A DNA stretch of 64,000 bases from Pseudogymnoascus verrucosus (lineage: Eukaryota), in assembly GCA_001662655.1 (NCBI GenBank), contig KV460215.1; one strand, written 5' to 3'. The notes below the pieces were generated by a model that worked only from the letters and a program-made list of their open reading frames with translations, had not been told where the DNA came from and did no database searches. A program made the translations under genes and the position numbers. Shown here one piece after another: positions 12,253 to 23,800 of this stretch (its first letter is position 1; each line of letters opens with the position of its first letter).

Positions 12253-14481
12253 ATGAATGTTCTCGACCCATTCAACCTCCGCCGCTCCCCCGCCTTTGCC
12301 ATCCTCAGAGGAGCAACCGCACAAACCGCCGCGAACATCACACGCCGCGCCATAGCAGCCAGCGCGACCGCATCACTTCTTCAATCGGGCAGGCGCATCG
12401 CAGAGGACATGGCGTTCTCGATACCCAAAAATGTGCCGGCGTTTACGGACCCCCAGAGGGAATTGGAGAATAGGGCTTGGGGCTCGTCAGGGGTGACGGC
12501 TAGGTCGTCGGCTGCGGGCCAGGGAAGCGGAATGCAGGATCGTCTTGGAGGCTACTTTGAGAGGAATAAGGATTACTTTGATCAGGGAAGGCAGCTGCCG
12601 CTCTACAAGGATAAGCCGTACTCGTCGTCGCGCAGGCGGCGGCCGCTGTGGAAATACAAGCGAGCTTTTGCCCTTATGGGACTGTTTGTCATGTTTGTAC
12701 TATACCTATTTGGCGTCTGGGGGAACGATGAGGAGAAGAAGACAGTGAAGAAGAAGGGCAAGGAAGGGTGGGGATGGCTGCAGAGCGCGGACAAGAAGGT
12801 GGATTGGCCGGAGAGACAGCAGAGGGTGGTGGAGGCGTTCACGCTGAGCTGGGACGCGTATGAGCGGTATGCGTGGGGCTATGACGAGTTCCACCCCGTG
12901 TCGAAGAAGGGGAAGCAGATGACGCCGAATGGAATGGGGTGGATTATTGTGGATGCGTTGGATACGCTGATGCTGATGAATTTGACGAGTCGGTTGACGA
13001 CGGCGAGGAAGTGGATTGGCACGAAGCTGGATTATGATCAGGATCAGGAGGTTAATACTTTTGAGACGACGATACGCATGATTGGTGGGTTGCTGTCGGC
13101 GCACTACTTGTCGACGGAGTTTCCAGAGATGGCGCCCATCTCGGACGATGACCCGGGGACTCCTGGGGAGGACCTTTACCTCGAGAAGGCGAAGGACTTG
13201 GCGGATAGGGTCATCGGGGCCTTCGAATCCGATTCTGGCGTCCCCTACGCTAGCGTCAACCTAAAAACCATGAAGGGCGTCCCTTCACACGCCGACGGCG
13301 GCGCCTCCTCCACCGCCGAAGCCGCCACGCTACAGCTCGAATTCAAGTACCTCTCCAAGCTCACCGGCGAGACATTCTACTGGGAGAAAGCTGAGAAGGT
13401 AATACAAGTAATCGACGACAACGGCATGGAGGACGGCCTCGTCCCCATCTTCCTGTACGCGCCCACGGGCGAGTTCCGCGGCGACAACATCCGTCTCGGC
13501 AGCCGTGGCGACTCCTACTACGAGTACCTCATCAAGCAGTACCTCCAAACCTCCAAGCAGGAGCCCGTCTACGAGGAGATGTGGGACCAGGCCATCGCAG
13601 GCGTCCGCAAGCATCTCATCACGTACTCCACGCCCTCTCAGTTCACCGTCCTCGGCGAGCGCCAGAACGGGCTTAAGGGCGCGCTGACGGGGAAGATGGA
13701 TCACCTGCTGTGTTTCCTCCCCGGGACCATCGCGCTAGGAGCCACGGGCGGGATTTCGGAAGCGGAAGCTCGTCGTGCGGGATCCTGGGGCGCGAAGCAG
13801 GATGAGGATATGAAGTTGGCGCGCGAGCTGATGCATACGTGCTGGGGCATGTACCAGGTGATGGCTACTGGGTTAGCAGCTGAGATTACGCATTTCAACC
13901 TCGATTCGCCGCCCTTGCCTGCGTCGGCGCCGCACAAGGCACCGAAGACGTTTGATCCGGCGCCGGAGGCGGAGTGGCGCAAGGACTTTGTGGTGAAGCC
14001 GAATGATCGGCATAATCTGCAGCGACCGGAGACGGTCGAGAGTCTGTTCTACATGTGGCGCATTACGGGGGATGAGATGTATAGGGAGTGGGGGTGGGAA
14101 ATGTTCAAGTCGTTTATGAATCATACGGCTGTGGAGCTGGGGGGAGGGTTTACGTCGTTGAGGAACGCGGATGTGGTGCCGCCCGAGATGGCGGATAATA
14201 TGGAGAGTTTCTGGCTGGTGAGTCTTCGCGCAATGTGTGGTTTGATGTGTATAGATACTAACATAAGACAGGCTGAGACCCTGAAATACTTCTATCTCCT
14301 CTTCGGACCCAACGACGTGTGGCCACTCGACAAGATCGTCATCAACACGGAGGCGCACGCGTTCCCGCGCTTCCAGATGGGGAAGCTGTTCAAGACGGGG
14401 TGGCAGCGGAAGCCGAGGGGGAAGGATGGGAATATTGTGAGGGATGCTGTGGTGGAGGCGGCGGCGTCGAAGGGGGCGTAG
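12253..14481 (+). CDS. MNS1: ER-type alpha-1,2-mannosidase, glycoside hydrolase family 47 (type II membrane protein)
   Basis: A TM segment (AFALMGLFVMFVLYLFGVW) precedes GH47 motifs AWGYDEFHP, IVDALDTL, FETTIR, GDSYYEYLIK, LQRPETVES and NTEAH. Removing the in-frame 54-nt intron 14218-14271 restores ESFWLAETLKY. An alternative start lies at 12409. Confidence 0.93.
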   Translation: MNVLDPFNLRRSPAFAILRGATAQTAANITRRAIAASATASLLQSGRRIAEDMAFSIPKNVPAFTDPQRELENRAWGSSGVTARSSAAGQGSGMQDRLGGYFERNKDYFDQGRQLPLYKDKPYSSSRRRRPLWKYKRAFALMGLFVMFVLYLFGVWGNDEEKKTVKKKGKEGWGWLQSADKKVDWPERQQRVVEAFTLSWDAYERYAWGYDEFHPVSKKGKQMTPNGMGWIIVDALDTLMLMNLTSRLTTARKWIGTKLDYDQDQEVNTFETTIRMIGGLLSAHYLSTEFPEMAPISDDDPGTPGEDLYLEKAKDLADRVIGAFESDSGVPYASVNLKTMKGVPSHADGGASSTAEAATLQLEFKYLSKLTGETFYWEKAEKVIQVIDDNGMEDGLVPIFLYAPTGEFRGDNIRLGSRGDSYYEYLIKQYLQTSKQEPVYEEMWDQAIAGVRKHLITYSTPSQFTVLGERQNGLKGALTGKMDHLLCFLPGTIALGATGGISEAEARRAGSWGAKQDEDMKLARELMHTCWGMYQVMATGLAAEITHFNLDSPPLPASAPHKAPKTFDPAPEAEWRKDFVVKPNDRHNLQRPETVESLFYMWRITGDEMYREWGWEMFKSFMNHTAVELGGGFTSLRNADVVPPEMADNMESFWLVSLRAMCGLMCIDTNIRQAETLKYFYLLFGPNDVWPLDKIVINTEAHAFPRFQMGKLFKTGWQRKPRGKDGNIVRDAVVEAAASKGA

Positions 14482-15841
14482 GGGGGAGAAAAGTATTTGT
14501 AGGGTGTAGTATATAGGATAATATTGATGAGTTGGCTTGGTTGAGCTCATTAATTGGGATGTTGATGCTGTGTTTGTCGTGCCCATTCTGTTGACTGTCC
14601 TGTTGTCCCTTCACATCTCACGTCGCCGTCATATGCTTCCGATGCACATGCGATACCGGGCTCTCACTTCACTCCCTCCTAGATCGCACCCTCCCCCCTT
14701 AAAACTAAGCGTATCCCATTCCAGCCGTCCCTGCATCCACGATAACCTTACTACCAACTACCATACCCCGATGTCTTCACAAAACACCCTCACCACACCC
14801 TCACCACGCATCTCCACGGACGATCCATCACACTGTTATAAACGACTTACGTACATCCAACTCCCCCTGCAAGCATAACCCATGAGATCCACTCCAATCA
14901 GATAACCGCTAACACTTGCCAGATTAACCCCCACCCCGGCCGATATAGCCGTCCTCCGCTCCTTCGCAGCCATCACAGAAGCCGGCGCCTGCCGCTCGCC
15001 GAAGAAGGGACGATGGATGGGGGTGGTGGTTGGCGTGGTGGTGGTTTTACTAGTTTTAGTAGCCATTTTAGCAGATGCACCACCAGCCATTTGCGGGTGC
15101 TTAGCAGCCACTTACAGCCTTACCAGCCACGCCTAGAAAATTTATTAGATTTATTAGCCACTTAGAAGCCGTTGCACACCTATCAACTGGTCCACTCTGG
15201 CAGCTATCAGCAACTTATTACCCCGCCAGCCATCAGAGCCCCTCACTCAGACCGTCAACAGCCAGGAAATGCGACGGAAAGGGCCATTTATCTCTCCCCA
15301 ACTAACCACACATACGCCAATTAGCTGGCCGCCATGGGCTCAACCCTGCATCAGACCTAGATCTGACCCTGATATCAGATAGATCTTTACCTACTCCAGT
15401 TAAGTATTCTTTCCTGCAGGTGCCCGCGGAAGTGTGTTTGTTGTTTAGTGCACGCCCTTTCGGAGTTCCACCCCATTTTTATTTATCATCCGAACCACAC
15501 CACAACCTCCAATTGACCCCGCAATCAACGATACACACTACGCTGCAAACTATGCTATCTAAGGTCTACAAGCGTGGGATCTAGAGGCCGGGAGATACCA
15601 TAAGACATGCCACGCGAGGAGGGGCTCATCCAATCCAATCTGCTGCCGAGTCATAAGTAGGTGCCAGTGGAACGACATCTCGTCTTTCCTTTCTTCTTCT
15701 TCTCGTCTTCTTCGATTTCCTCTCTTCCCCTCTTGCGCTGCTGTGCTTGACAACCTCCAATCCCCATCTAAGACACAGGAAGAGCTCCAAGACAAGCTTT
15801 AATAGCTTCAAAAAGCTTCACACCCACCACCACCACCCATA

Positions 15842-17308
15842 ATGCACGCCCCAACCTCTCTCTTCCTCCTCTCCCTCCTCCCCTTCGCCCTCGCCGCCGA
15901 CACCACCCTAGGCATCTACGTCTTTCACCGCCACGGCGACCGCACCTCCAAAGCCTGGACACCCACCCACCTCACCGACCTAGGCTACACCCAAGTCCAC
16001 GCCGCCGGGTCCTACTTCCGCACCAAATACATCACCGATGCCACCACAGGCATCTCGGGTATCGCGCCCTCCCTAGTCAACCTCGCCCAGCTCGACGTCG
16101 AGGCCCCCGTCGACACCGTCCTCCAAGTCTCCGCACAGGGCTTCACCCAAGGTCTCTACCCCCCCGTCGGCCCGACGCTTAACACCCAGACCCTCGCCAA
16201 CGGCACGAAGATCGAAGCCCCCCTAGACGGCTACCAGCTCATCCCCGTCAACCTCGTCACCTCGGCCTCCAAACCCACCGCCGACTCCGAGAACTCCCCC
16301 TGGCTCCAAGGCGCCAGCGGCTGCCCCGCCGCCCTGACCTCCTCAAACGAGTACCTCACCTCCGCCGAGTTCGTCGCGCTCGACAAGAAGACTCGCGCTT
16401 TCTACGCCGCGCTCGCCCCCGTCGTCGCTAGCACGTTCGACGCCGACTACCTCACCTTCAAGAACGCATACTCCATCTATGACTACATTAACGTCGCTAC
16501 CATCAACAACGCCACCATCCCCTCTTCTAACCTCCTCACCAAGGAGGTCCTAAGCCAACTCCGCACCCTAGCCGACGCCCACGAATTCGGCCTCGCCTTC
16601 AACGCCTCCTCCCCCATCCGCGCCATCAGCGGCGCTACCCTCGCGGCACAGGTGCTGGAGCACCTCAACGCCACGATCGCATCGAAGGGGAAGAAGAAGC
16701 TCGGGATCCAATTCGGCGCCTACGGAACCTTCCTCTCCTTCTTCGGCCTGGCTCAGCTACCGGCTGCGAACAACGATTTCACCGGCGTCGTGGATTATGC
16801 TTCTTCCATGACCTTTGAGATGTTCACTTCCAAGACTGTTGCTGCGGGCTCCTTCCCGGCGGAGGAGGATATCAGCGTTCGCTTCATGGCGAGCAATGGA
16901 TCGGCTGCGTATGTTGGGCAGACAGCCTACCCGCTGTTTGGACAGAAGGAGACCGTCCTCCCTTACAAGACCTTCGTGAGCGAGATGGGCAAATTCGCTA
17001 TTGGTGACCAGGAGACTTGGTGCAAGTCCTGCGGCAGGACCGATGGGGCCTGCGCGGAGTTCTCTGCCTCCTCGTCGTCGACCGATGCCGGTGCGGGTGC
17101 CTCGTCGAGCGATGGGAAGAGTGGAAGCGGTGGACCGATTTCTCTGCCTGTTGCGGGAGTCATTGGAGCGCTGGTTACGTTGGCTGTTGTCCTTGGGCTG
17201 CAGGCGCTGGTGATGGTTGCGGGTGGGTTGAGGGTGGTTAGTAAGAAGAGGCTTGGTGGGAGTGGTGGAGGTGGTGGTGGTGGGGAGACGAGCCAGGTGA
17301 AGGTTTAA
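15842..17308 (+). CDS. Histidine acid phosphatase superfamily protein (signal peptide, C-terminal TM anchor)
   Basis: Intronless 488-aa ORF with an N-terminal hydrophobic signal, catalytic RHGDR motif, Ser/Gly-rich linker and TM segment VAGVIGALVTLAVVLGLQALVMV. Confidence 0.88.
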   Translation: MHAPTSLFLLSLLPFALAADTTLGIYVFHRHGDRTSKAWTPTHLTDLGYTQVHAAGSYFRTKYITDATTGISGIAPSLVNLAQLDVEAPVDTVLQVSAQGFTQGLYPPVGPTLNTQTLANGTKIEAPLDGYQLIPVNLVTSASKPTADSENSPWLQGASGCPAALTSSNEYLTSAEFVALDKKTRAFYAALAPVVASTFDADYLTFKNAYSIYDYINVATINNATIPSSNLLTKEVLSQLRTLADAHEFGLAFNASSPIRAISGATLAAQVLEHLNATIASKGKKKLGIQFGAYGTFLSFFGLAQLPAANNDFTGVVDYASSMTFEMFTSKTVAAGSFPAEEDISVRFMASNGSAAYVGQTAYPLFGQKETVLPYKTFVSEMGKFAIGDQETWCKSCGRTDGACAEFSASSSSTDAGAGASSSDGKSGSGGPISLPVAGVIGALVTLAVVLGLQALVMVAGGLRVVSKKRLGGSGGGGGGGETSQVKV

Positions 17309-17477
17309 GTGGTGGTTGTTGTGTTGTTTAAAAGGGGTGTGGGAGAGAGATTTAATTAAATATATTGTCATATTGAGTTTGATGCTGGATATTACTTGAC
17401 GTGCGCTGTTTCAATGCTTGTAAGATGGATGATTGTGAATTACCCGGCCCCAATATCGGGAACAGACAGCTAGACTA

Positions 17478-18095
17478 TCGCTATTTCCCTCGTTCTTACC
17501 TTTGTTTTGTTAGATGATTGCTCTTTCCCTCCACAGGCGGCTTGGTCGTTCTATTGTTTACTAGCCGTTCCTTCCCTTTCTTCTAGTTGAGGTAGCTGGT
17601 CGTTCTTTCCCTCATTAATAGATGGGTCGTTCTTTCCCTATGTTGTAAAGCGCGCTTTCCCTCAGCAGCTGATCGTTCTTTCCCTCGTAGCTTGCCTTTG
17701 TTAGCTGGTCGTTCTTTCCTTCGTTAAGTAGCCGACCGTTTCTTCCATCGTTGGCTTGACTGTTCTTTCCCTTTTTAACTTGTTGCTGGTTCCCTCTGTG
17801 AGCGATTACTCTTTCCTCCAGTAGCTAGCCGTTCTTCCGTTCTTCCCTCGTTGGCCATACATGGTTGCTCCTTCCGTCGTTAGTGGATGGTAATTCTTTC
17901 CCTTGTTAGCTAATCGTTCCTTCCTTCGTCAGTAAATGGTCGTTCCTTCCCTCGTCAGCTAGTGATTCTTTCCGTCGGCAGATAGCCAGTTGCTCCTTCC
18001 CTGACCAGCCTATCAGTCCAGTCATCGTTCCTTCCGTTATTAACCATCGCCAGTTTCTCGTGCCTTCCCTCCCATTTAGCGAATCGTTCCTTCCC
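17478..18095. repeat. Degenerate minisatellite with core GCTGGTCGTTCTTTCCCTCGT, roughly 20 copies at about 25-30 bp spacing
   Basis: Variants recur throughout, for example gctggtcgttctttccctc, gatgggtcgttctttcccta, gctgatcgttctttccctcg, gctggtcgttctttccttcg, gctaatcgttccttccttcg and atggtcgttccttccctcg. Confidence 0.8.
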
Positions 18096-20862
18096 TGCCA
18101 TCCTAGACCTACGAAACGGGTGTACTGGCCGTTCTCTTCGCCTTACGTAAGTTGTCAGCCTAGCTGGTTTGCTATGTACGACGGCATTGCCCATCACTAG
18201 CCTTGGAGTGGGATGGATGAAGTGATACGGTAGGAGGGGTCTGTCAACACAACACGTCAACCGTGACAGTTGTCCCCCAGGCAGCCAGACACCCAGACGT
18301 GTGACATGAGTGAGATGGAATGCCTTGCACTCCATGTGCGACTGACTGATCTGAGCGCAGAGTCCAGCATCTCAACCGTTGCGGGAGAAAACGGCTGAGG
18401 CTGCGTTGGCGCAGATGTAGATGCAAGTAGTAATGTAATGTGTAGTGCAGCAGTAAGGGGGAGGAGCAAGGCTGCCAGGCTGCCATATGCAGGTTCATGG
18501 ACCTCAACGGGGGAAGAAGAAAGCAGAGGGCTGTCTATCACTCCTGTCTCTCTGTCTCGGTCGATCGATTGATGGGTGCCTGGGGATTGATTAATCACAC
18601 TGTCTGCTGTCCTCCTTGTATCACTCCCCTCCATTCCTAGCTGCTGGCTTCACCACACTCCATCTAACCCGGACAACACTCCGCTCCATGCTGTCCTGTA
18701 CTGGACCTCTTTTGCCTCGCCCTTACATCACCACCCCACCACTCACCACTGCGATCATGTCTCCACATCCCCCTCCCCCTTCCCCTCTCTTTAAACTTGC
18801 TTTTCTCCCGTTTCACCAACCACCCCCCCATAGCCTTCTTCCACCGCCCTTCTCGAAGCCGTGAGTGCCGCGTTAGCGTAAGATGAGGCGGACTGGGTGG
18901 GGAATAGGCGGGGTTTTGGGGGTTGGTGGTGGTGGTGGTGGTGAGCCTTGGGGCTGGGGCGTGCGGCTGGAGTGGAGGGGTAGGGGGGGTAAGGTGGCTG
19001 TGCGGGGATTGTTTGTGTGAGGACGGTTGTGGTTGTGGTGGTTGGAAATCGGGTGTGGAAGTGGCTGGTGGAGATGTGGTGGTTGAAAGAGTGGTAAGGT
19101 CGTGAGATGGGAAAGTTGGTAGGGATAGTTAGTGGGATTGCTGCCTGGATGAGGGGATAAGAGTCGAGAGAGTTGTTGTTGAGGTCGAAGTGGGAGGGAG
19201 AGTGAGAGATGTGCGATGGATGGAAAGAGTACATCGGACTGCACTGTAATTGTATGGCGCAGCAAGTACCATACAACCAAATAATCATGATCTCCAAGTA
19301 GCGCCTGTCAGTGTGGGTGGTGTACTGTCAAACGTCAAACCCACGGCCCGGCGACGGCCCTGACATGACTCGCACCAAGACAATGATGTGATGTTTCACT
19401 GAAACGTAAAAAGGGCTGACTGACTCTAATCCACAATGCAGTGTCCACAATCCAATCCACACCACACTGCGACCGACGGCATCGCGGGACCAGGAACAAG
19501 GGACAAAGGGGACCATTGAGCCCTGAACCACGAAAACCGCGAACCACGAAACAACAAACCATCGAACCCTCGTCGTCGAGCAACAACAACACATGGAGAG
19601 GCACATATGGGATAGCATATCTAGCATCCCCGCAGCGCATCTGCACCTGCATCAACACCTCCTCCTCTCCTGCACGTCCACCTGCACCGCCTCTAACGAG
19701 GCTTGATCATCGGCGCTGTCTAGACGACAAGACAAGTGAGTGGCCCAGTGCACTGCTGAGCTGTCTAGTTCTGGCGGAATGTTCTGGCGGAATGTCTGGG
19801 CCGGCGGAGGCTGTGTCGGCCTTGGACAGGGCAGGGTTTTCGGTGAGACTTTGTAGACGGCCAGGCAGTGGAGACGGCCAGCTGCTGGGTGCTAAGAGGT
19901 GCTAAAGAGGTGGAGGAGGACTGAACTGCTGAGCCAGTTAGCCTTTGCGCACGAGGCTGAGGGCGTAGAGTGCCTTTCCTGCCCTGCCGAGGTGGGGGGG
20001 GAGACGGGGGGAGACGGGGGAATGAGAAGAAGGTGCTTACGGTACTTGGGGCAACAGCACGATATAGACAAATGGATCATGATATTGGCTCATTCATGGA
20101 TCAATAATGGTCAATCATGGGTCAATCGATAAACCGACGAGGCTGTGTTGCGATGGGGAAGGTGCGAGAGTGAACTGTATGGTGGATATTCGCTCTAGAG
20201 TATAATATTGCTTCTTGCTTCTTACCTCTAGGTAGACTGATGCCATGGGGATACTATGCAGTTGTACCTTCTGCCTGTCCTATCTACATGTACCTCTTGT
20301 CCTTGCTTACTAGCTCTACCACACCACACTTTAGACACTAGGTACACTCTCCCACGACAGCTCTCAGGTACCCTAACACATTATCCCCACCCACCATCAT
20401 CACCATCTCCTCCTCCTCCACTTACTTGCACCACAACCACAGCATTATCGCTTAAGCGCGCCGCGCCCTGTACTCACTTCGCGCCCTGTCCCATCGCAGC
20501 AGCCACCTAGCCAGCCAGCCGCATCTAACCTCCCACCTTCAACGTCCACTTCCACTCCCATTCCACTTCAACCTCCTCCATATCCACCTCTCCACCTTCT
20601 CCAACTAAAAAAAACACTCTCCTCCATTGTACACGACGCCATCTGCGCATAACCACACGTGAAGCTATATACTCCAGTCCACTCTTCGACTCCAACTTCG
20701 ACTCCAACTCCACTACCCGCCGCGCGCAGGGCGCCAGCTCATCTCAAGGCTGCGAAACCATGTGCACCACCCCCACCGCTCTCTGACCTCCGCGCATAAA
20801 CCCCAAAGACGGATCTATATACAGCCCGTCCCGCCGTCCACCTTCTTTCCCCTCCGCGAAGA

Positions 20863-23800
20863 ATGTCCTCCAGTGTCGCCTCAGGCGCAACCCCCTCGCC
20901 CTCCATCGACCCGCGCCAGCTCGACGGCTCCTCGCCAGACTACCCTCACCATGCCCCGGCCGCGCCCCTAGACGCCGCATACCTCTCCTCCTACCAATAC
21001 CAGCACTACAGTAGCTCCTCGAGCCCCTCCGCTCTCACCCCAGGCAACCCCGTCTCCGAGAACAGCGGCTACAGCGAGTTCAGCGACTACGGCGCCGACG
21101 AGTTCTTCGGCGTCAACTTTGACGCAGACGGCCAAGATCTCATCATTGGCTCAGACTCCCAGGGACCGTCGCCGCCGCAGACGACAGGACTGGGATTCGA
21201 CCCGCTCCTGGATAACGAGGCCACGCCTGATACACCCCCAGCTGTGACCGCGCCGCTGATGACGCCCGACCCCACGAGGTCACGGAAATCATCGCCCAAC
21301 TCCAATCGACCACCCGCAGTGAAGACGTTTATCCCCCGCGTCTCTGCGCCAGAAGACGGGCTGAACAGCGCATCCTCGCCGTCCTCCTTCAACCTCTCCG
21401 TTAACACGGCGGAGCAACAGGCAACCCCTGATATGAGCGGCAACACGAGCCACACCAGCGCCGAGGGCGTCCCAAATAGCATGGGTGCCTTTGCTGGGCA
21501 CAGTCCCCGTGTGACCCTGACCACGTGGAACAGCACCGAGGAGCGCGAGCTCTCTACTGACCCGGAGGATCAGGGCACTACAGTCGGTGCTGCGAGCGAG
21601 CGGGGACTGCAGGGCTACTTCGCCCCGCGCGATGCGGAGCACTCGAGCGCCTACAACATCCAGATCTCCGTCGCGAAGAGTTCGAATGGGTCCTCGGTCG
21701 ACGACGATGAAGATGAAGGGGGCGCGCGCAGGGGCTTCGATCCGGTGCGCCGCAAGTCCTTCTCGGATGCCGAGATACCGAACTTCAAGGATAGAGCGCG
21801 CAGCGAGGAGATCGAGGCCAAGAGGCGCGAAGTAGAAGAGTGGCGGTCCCAGGCAGGCGACAGCTCGGATGAGCAGGACGATAGCCCGACGCGCCCGCCA
21901 CTTTCTGGCCTTTCGGCCCCAGCGCCTAATCGCGGGAGATCCCTGAGCACGGGCGCAGTGCCACATAGCCAGAACTCACCGCGTGGATTTTCGTCGTGGG
22001 CACCGGAGCCGCCGCATATCCAGACCTCGGCCCTAGACGCCGAGGCAGAGGAGGACAATATCAGGCCCGTGTCGCCGACGGCGAGTATCCGCGAGAACAG
22101 GTTACAGGATGGGCAGACCTACTTTAATAAGGGGGCGTCTAATATCACGGATGAGGATGTGATACTGATGCAGCAGTCGCGGCACTTTAGTGATGCGGCA
22201 ACTTTTCCGAATATCGTAAGCCCGTCGATTGAAGGGAAGGGCACTTCGGCGAAGGAGATGATGGAGAAGTGGAACGCAGCTGCGGACTCGTTCTCCATCA
22301 TCTCGCGCTCCGCGACGTGGGGCACGCGACGGCGTCGACTCAGTGCGCCGAGCGTCAAGGAGATCGAGGCCATCACGAGCGGAGGTTTACTGAAGCGGCT
22401 GTCCTTTGGCAAAGGGAACGAGAAGAAACCCGGTATCCTTAGCACGATAAACAACGCATTCGGGAACGTCGTACGGAAGAAGAGCGTGGGTGAGCCCGGG
22501 AAGCTGAAGCGCAACCGGAATATCGACGCTGTCGACCGTGGCCGCCCTCCGTCGTCGCCACTAGGCAAGAAGGAGAATAACACGACCAGTACGCTCGCGC
22601 CGCCTCGATCGCCTAGTGGCACCAGGGTACGGCCGCAGTCGCCGCGCCTGACTACGAGTTTTGGGAGGGAGTTGACGCCTGGGGATGGCGGCCATAGCCG
22701 GCGCGCGTCAGTAGGAAGCACGAACTCGGTTGGCGGCTTCTTCACTGGCGTGGGCAATGCCATCCGACGCAGTAGGAGTAAGAGTGAGCTCAGCACCGAG
22801 GCTGGGCTGACGGGTATAGCAGGCCAGTGGATGAAGATGGGCGGTCCGCCGGTGCCTACTCTCACCTCGCCACCTATTGATGCCGATGAGGAGTATGGGT
22901 TAATTGACGACCAGCCGATGCATGATGTGAGCGATATGGATTTGGATGCTGATGATGATGATGATGATGACCTTGCCGACGATGGCGACTTGCAATTTGA
23001 CCTTGATACCCCTATTGTAGCTACGATGGACGGCTTTCGCGACCATGTGCGCAAACTCAACCCGATGATGGAGCCAGGATACCTTGTGGACCGCCTCGCA
23101 CACCAGCAGATGGTGCGGTATAAGTGCCTGCTTGGATGGCGCATCAAGCACCAAGGCGCTATCAGCGACCGTGCCTGCAATGCTCAAGAATTCTGCCTGT
23201 CTATGGGCGGCGCGACCAAGTACTACGAGGCCAAGGCGAAGGGCCGCGCGGGAGCCAACAAGGCCCTACCTATCGACGGCGACGGGTCAGACTCGAACCC
23301 CGAGAATGCGCTCGGCGCGGAGAGCTTCCCTGACGGGGTGCCGAAACCGCCCGCCCTCTCGCTCCCGGCCGAGTTCGAGTGCCAGCTCTGCTTCAAGGTG
23401 AAGAAGTTCCTGAAGCCATCGGATTGGACGAAGCACGTCCACGAAGACGTGCAGCCCTTCACGTGCACATATCCCTCATGCCGCGAGCCTAAGTCGTTTA
23501 AGCGCAAGGCGGACTGGGTGAGGCACGAGAACGAGCGGCATCGACACCTGGAGTGGTGGACGTGCCAGATCGAAGACTGCAGCCACAAGTGCTACCGCAA
23601 AGACAACTTCCTGCAACATCTCGTGCGCGAGCACAAGCTCCCCGAGCCAAAGACCAAGTCCAAGGCTGCCATCCGGCGCGCTACCGGCGTCGAAGAGGAA
23701 GTCTGGGCGCGAGTCGCAGAGTGCCACCACGAGACCCTCGTGCGGCCCGTCGACGAACCGTGTAAATTCTGCGGCAAGGCGTTTGCGAGCTGGAAGAAAC

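Noticed and set aside
14836..15111. 91-aa minus-strand ORF with a possible donor (GTAAGT) near its end
   Set aside because: The first codon is not ATG, the 5' part is built of short repeats, and I found no convincing downstream exon or domain. It cannot be excluded without RNA data.
17955..20713. ORFs upstream of the large C2H2 gene
   Set aside because: They are low-complexity or lack motifs, and are most simply read as regulatory/UTR sequence.
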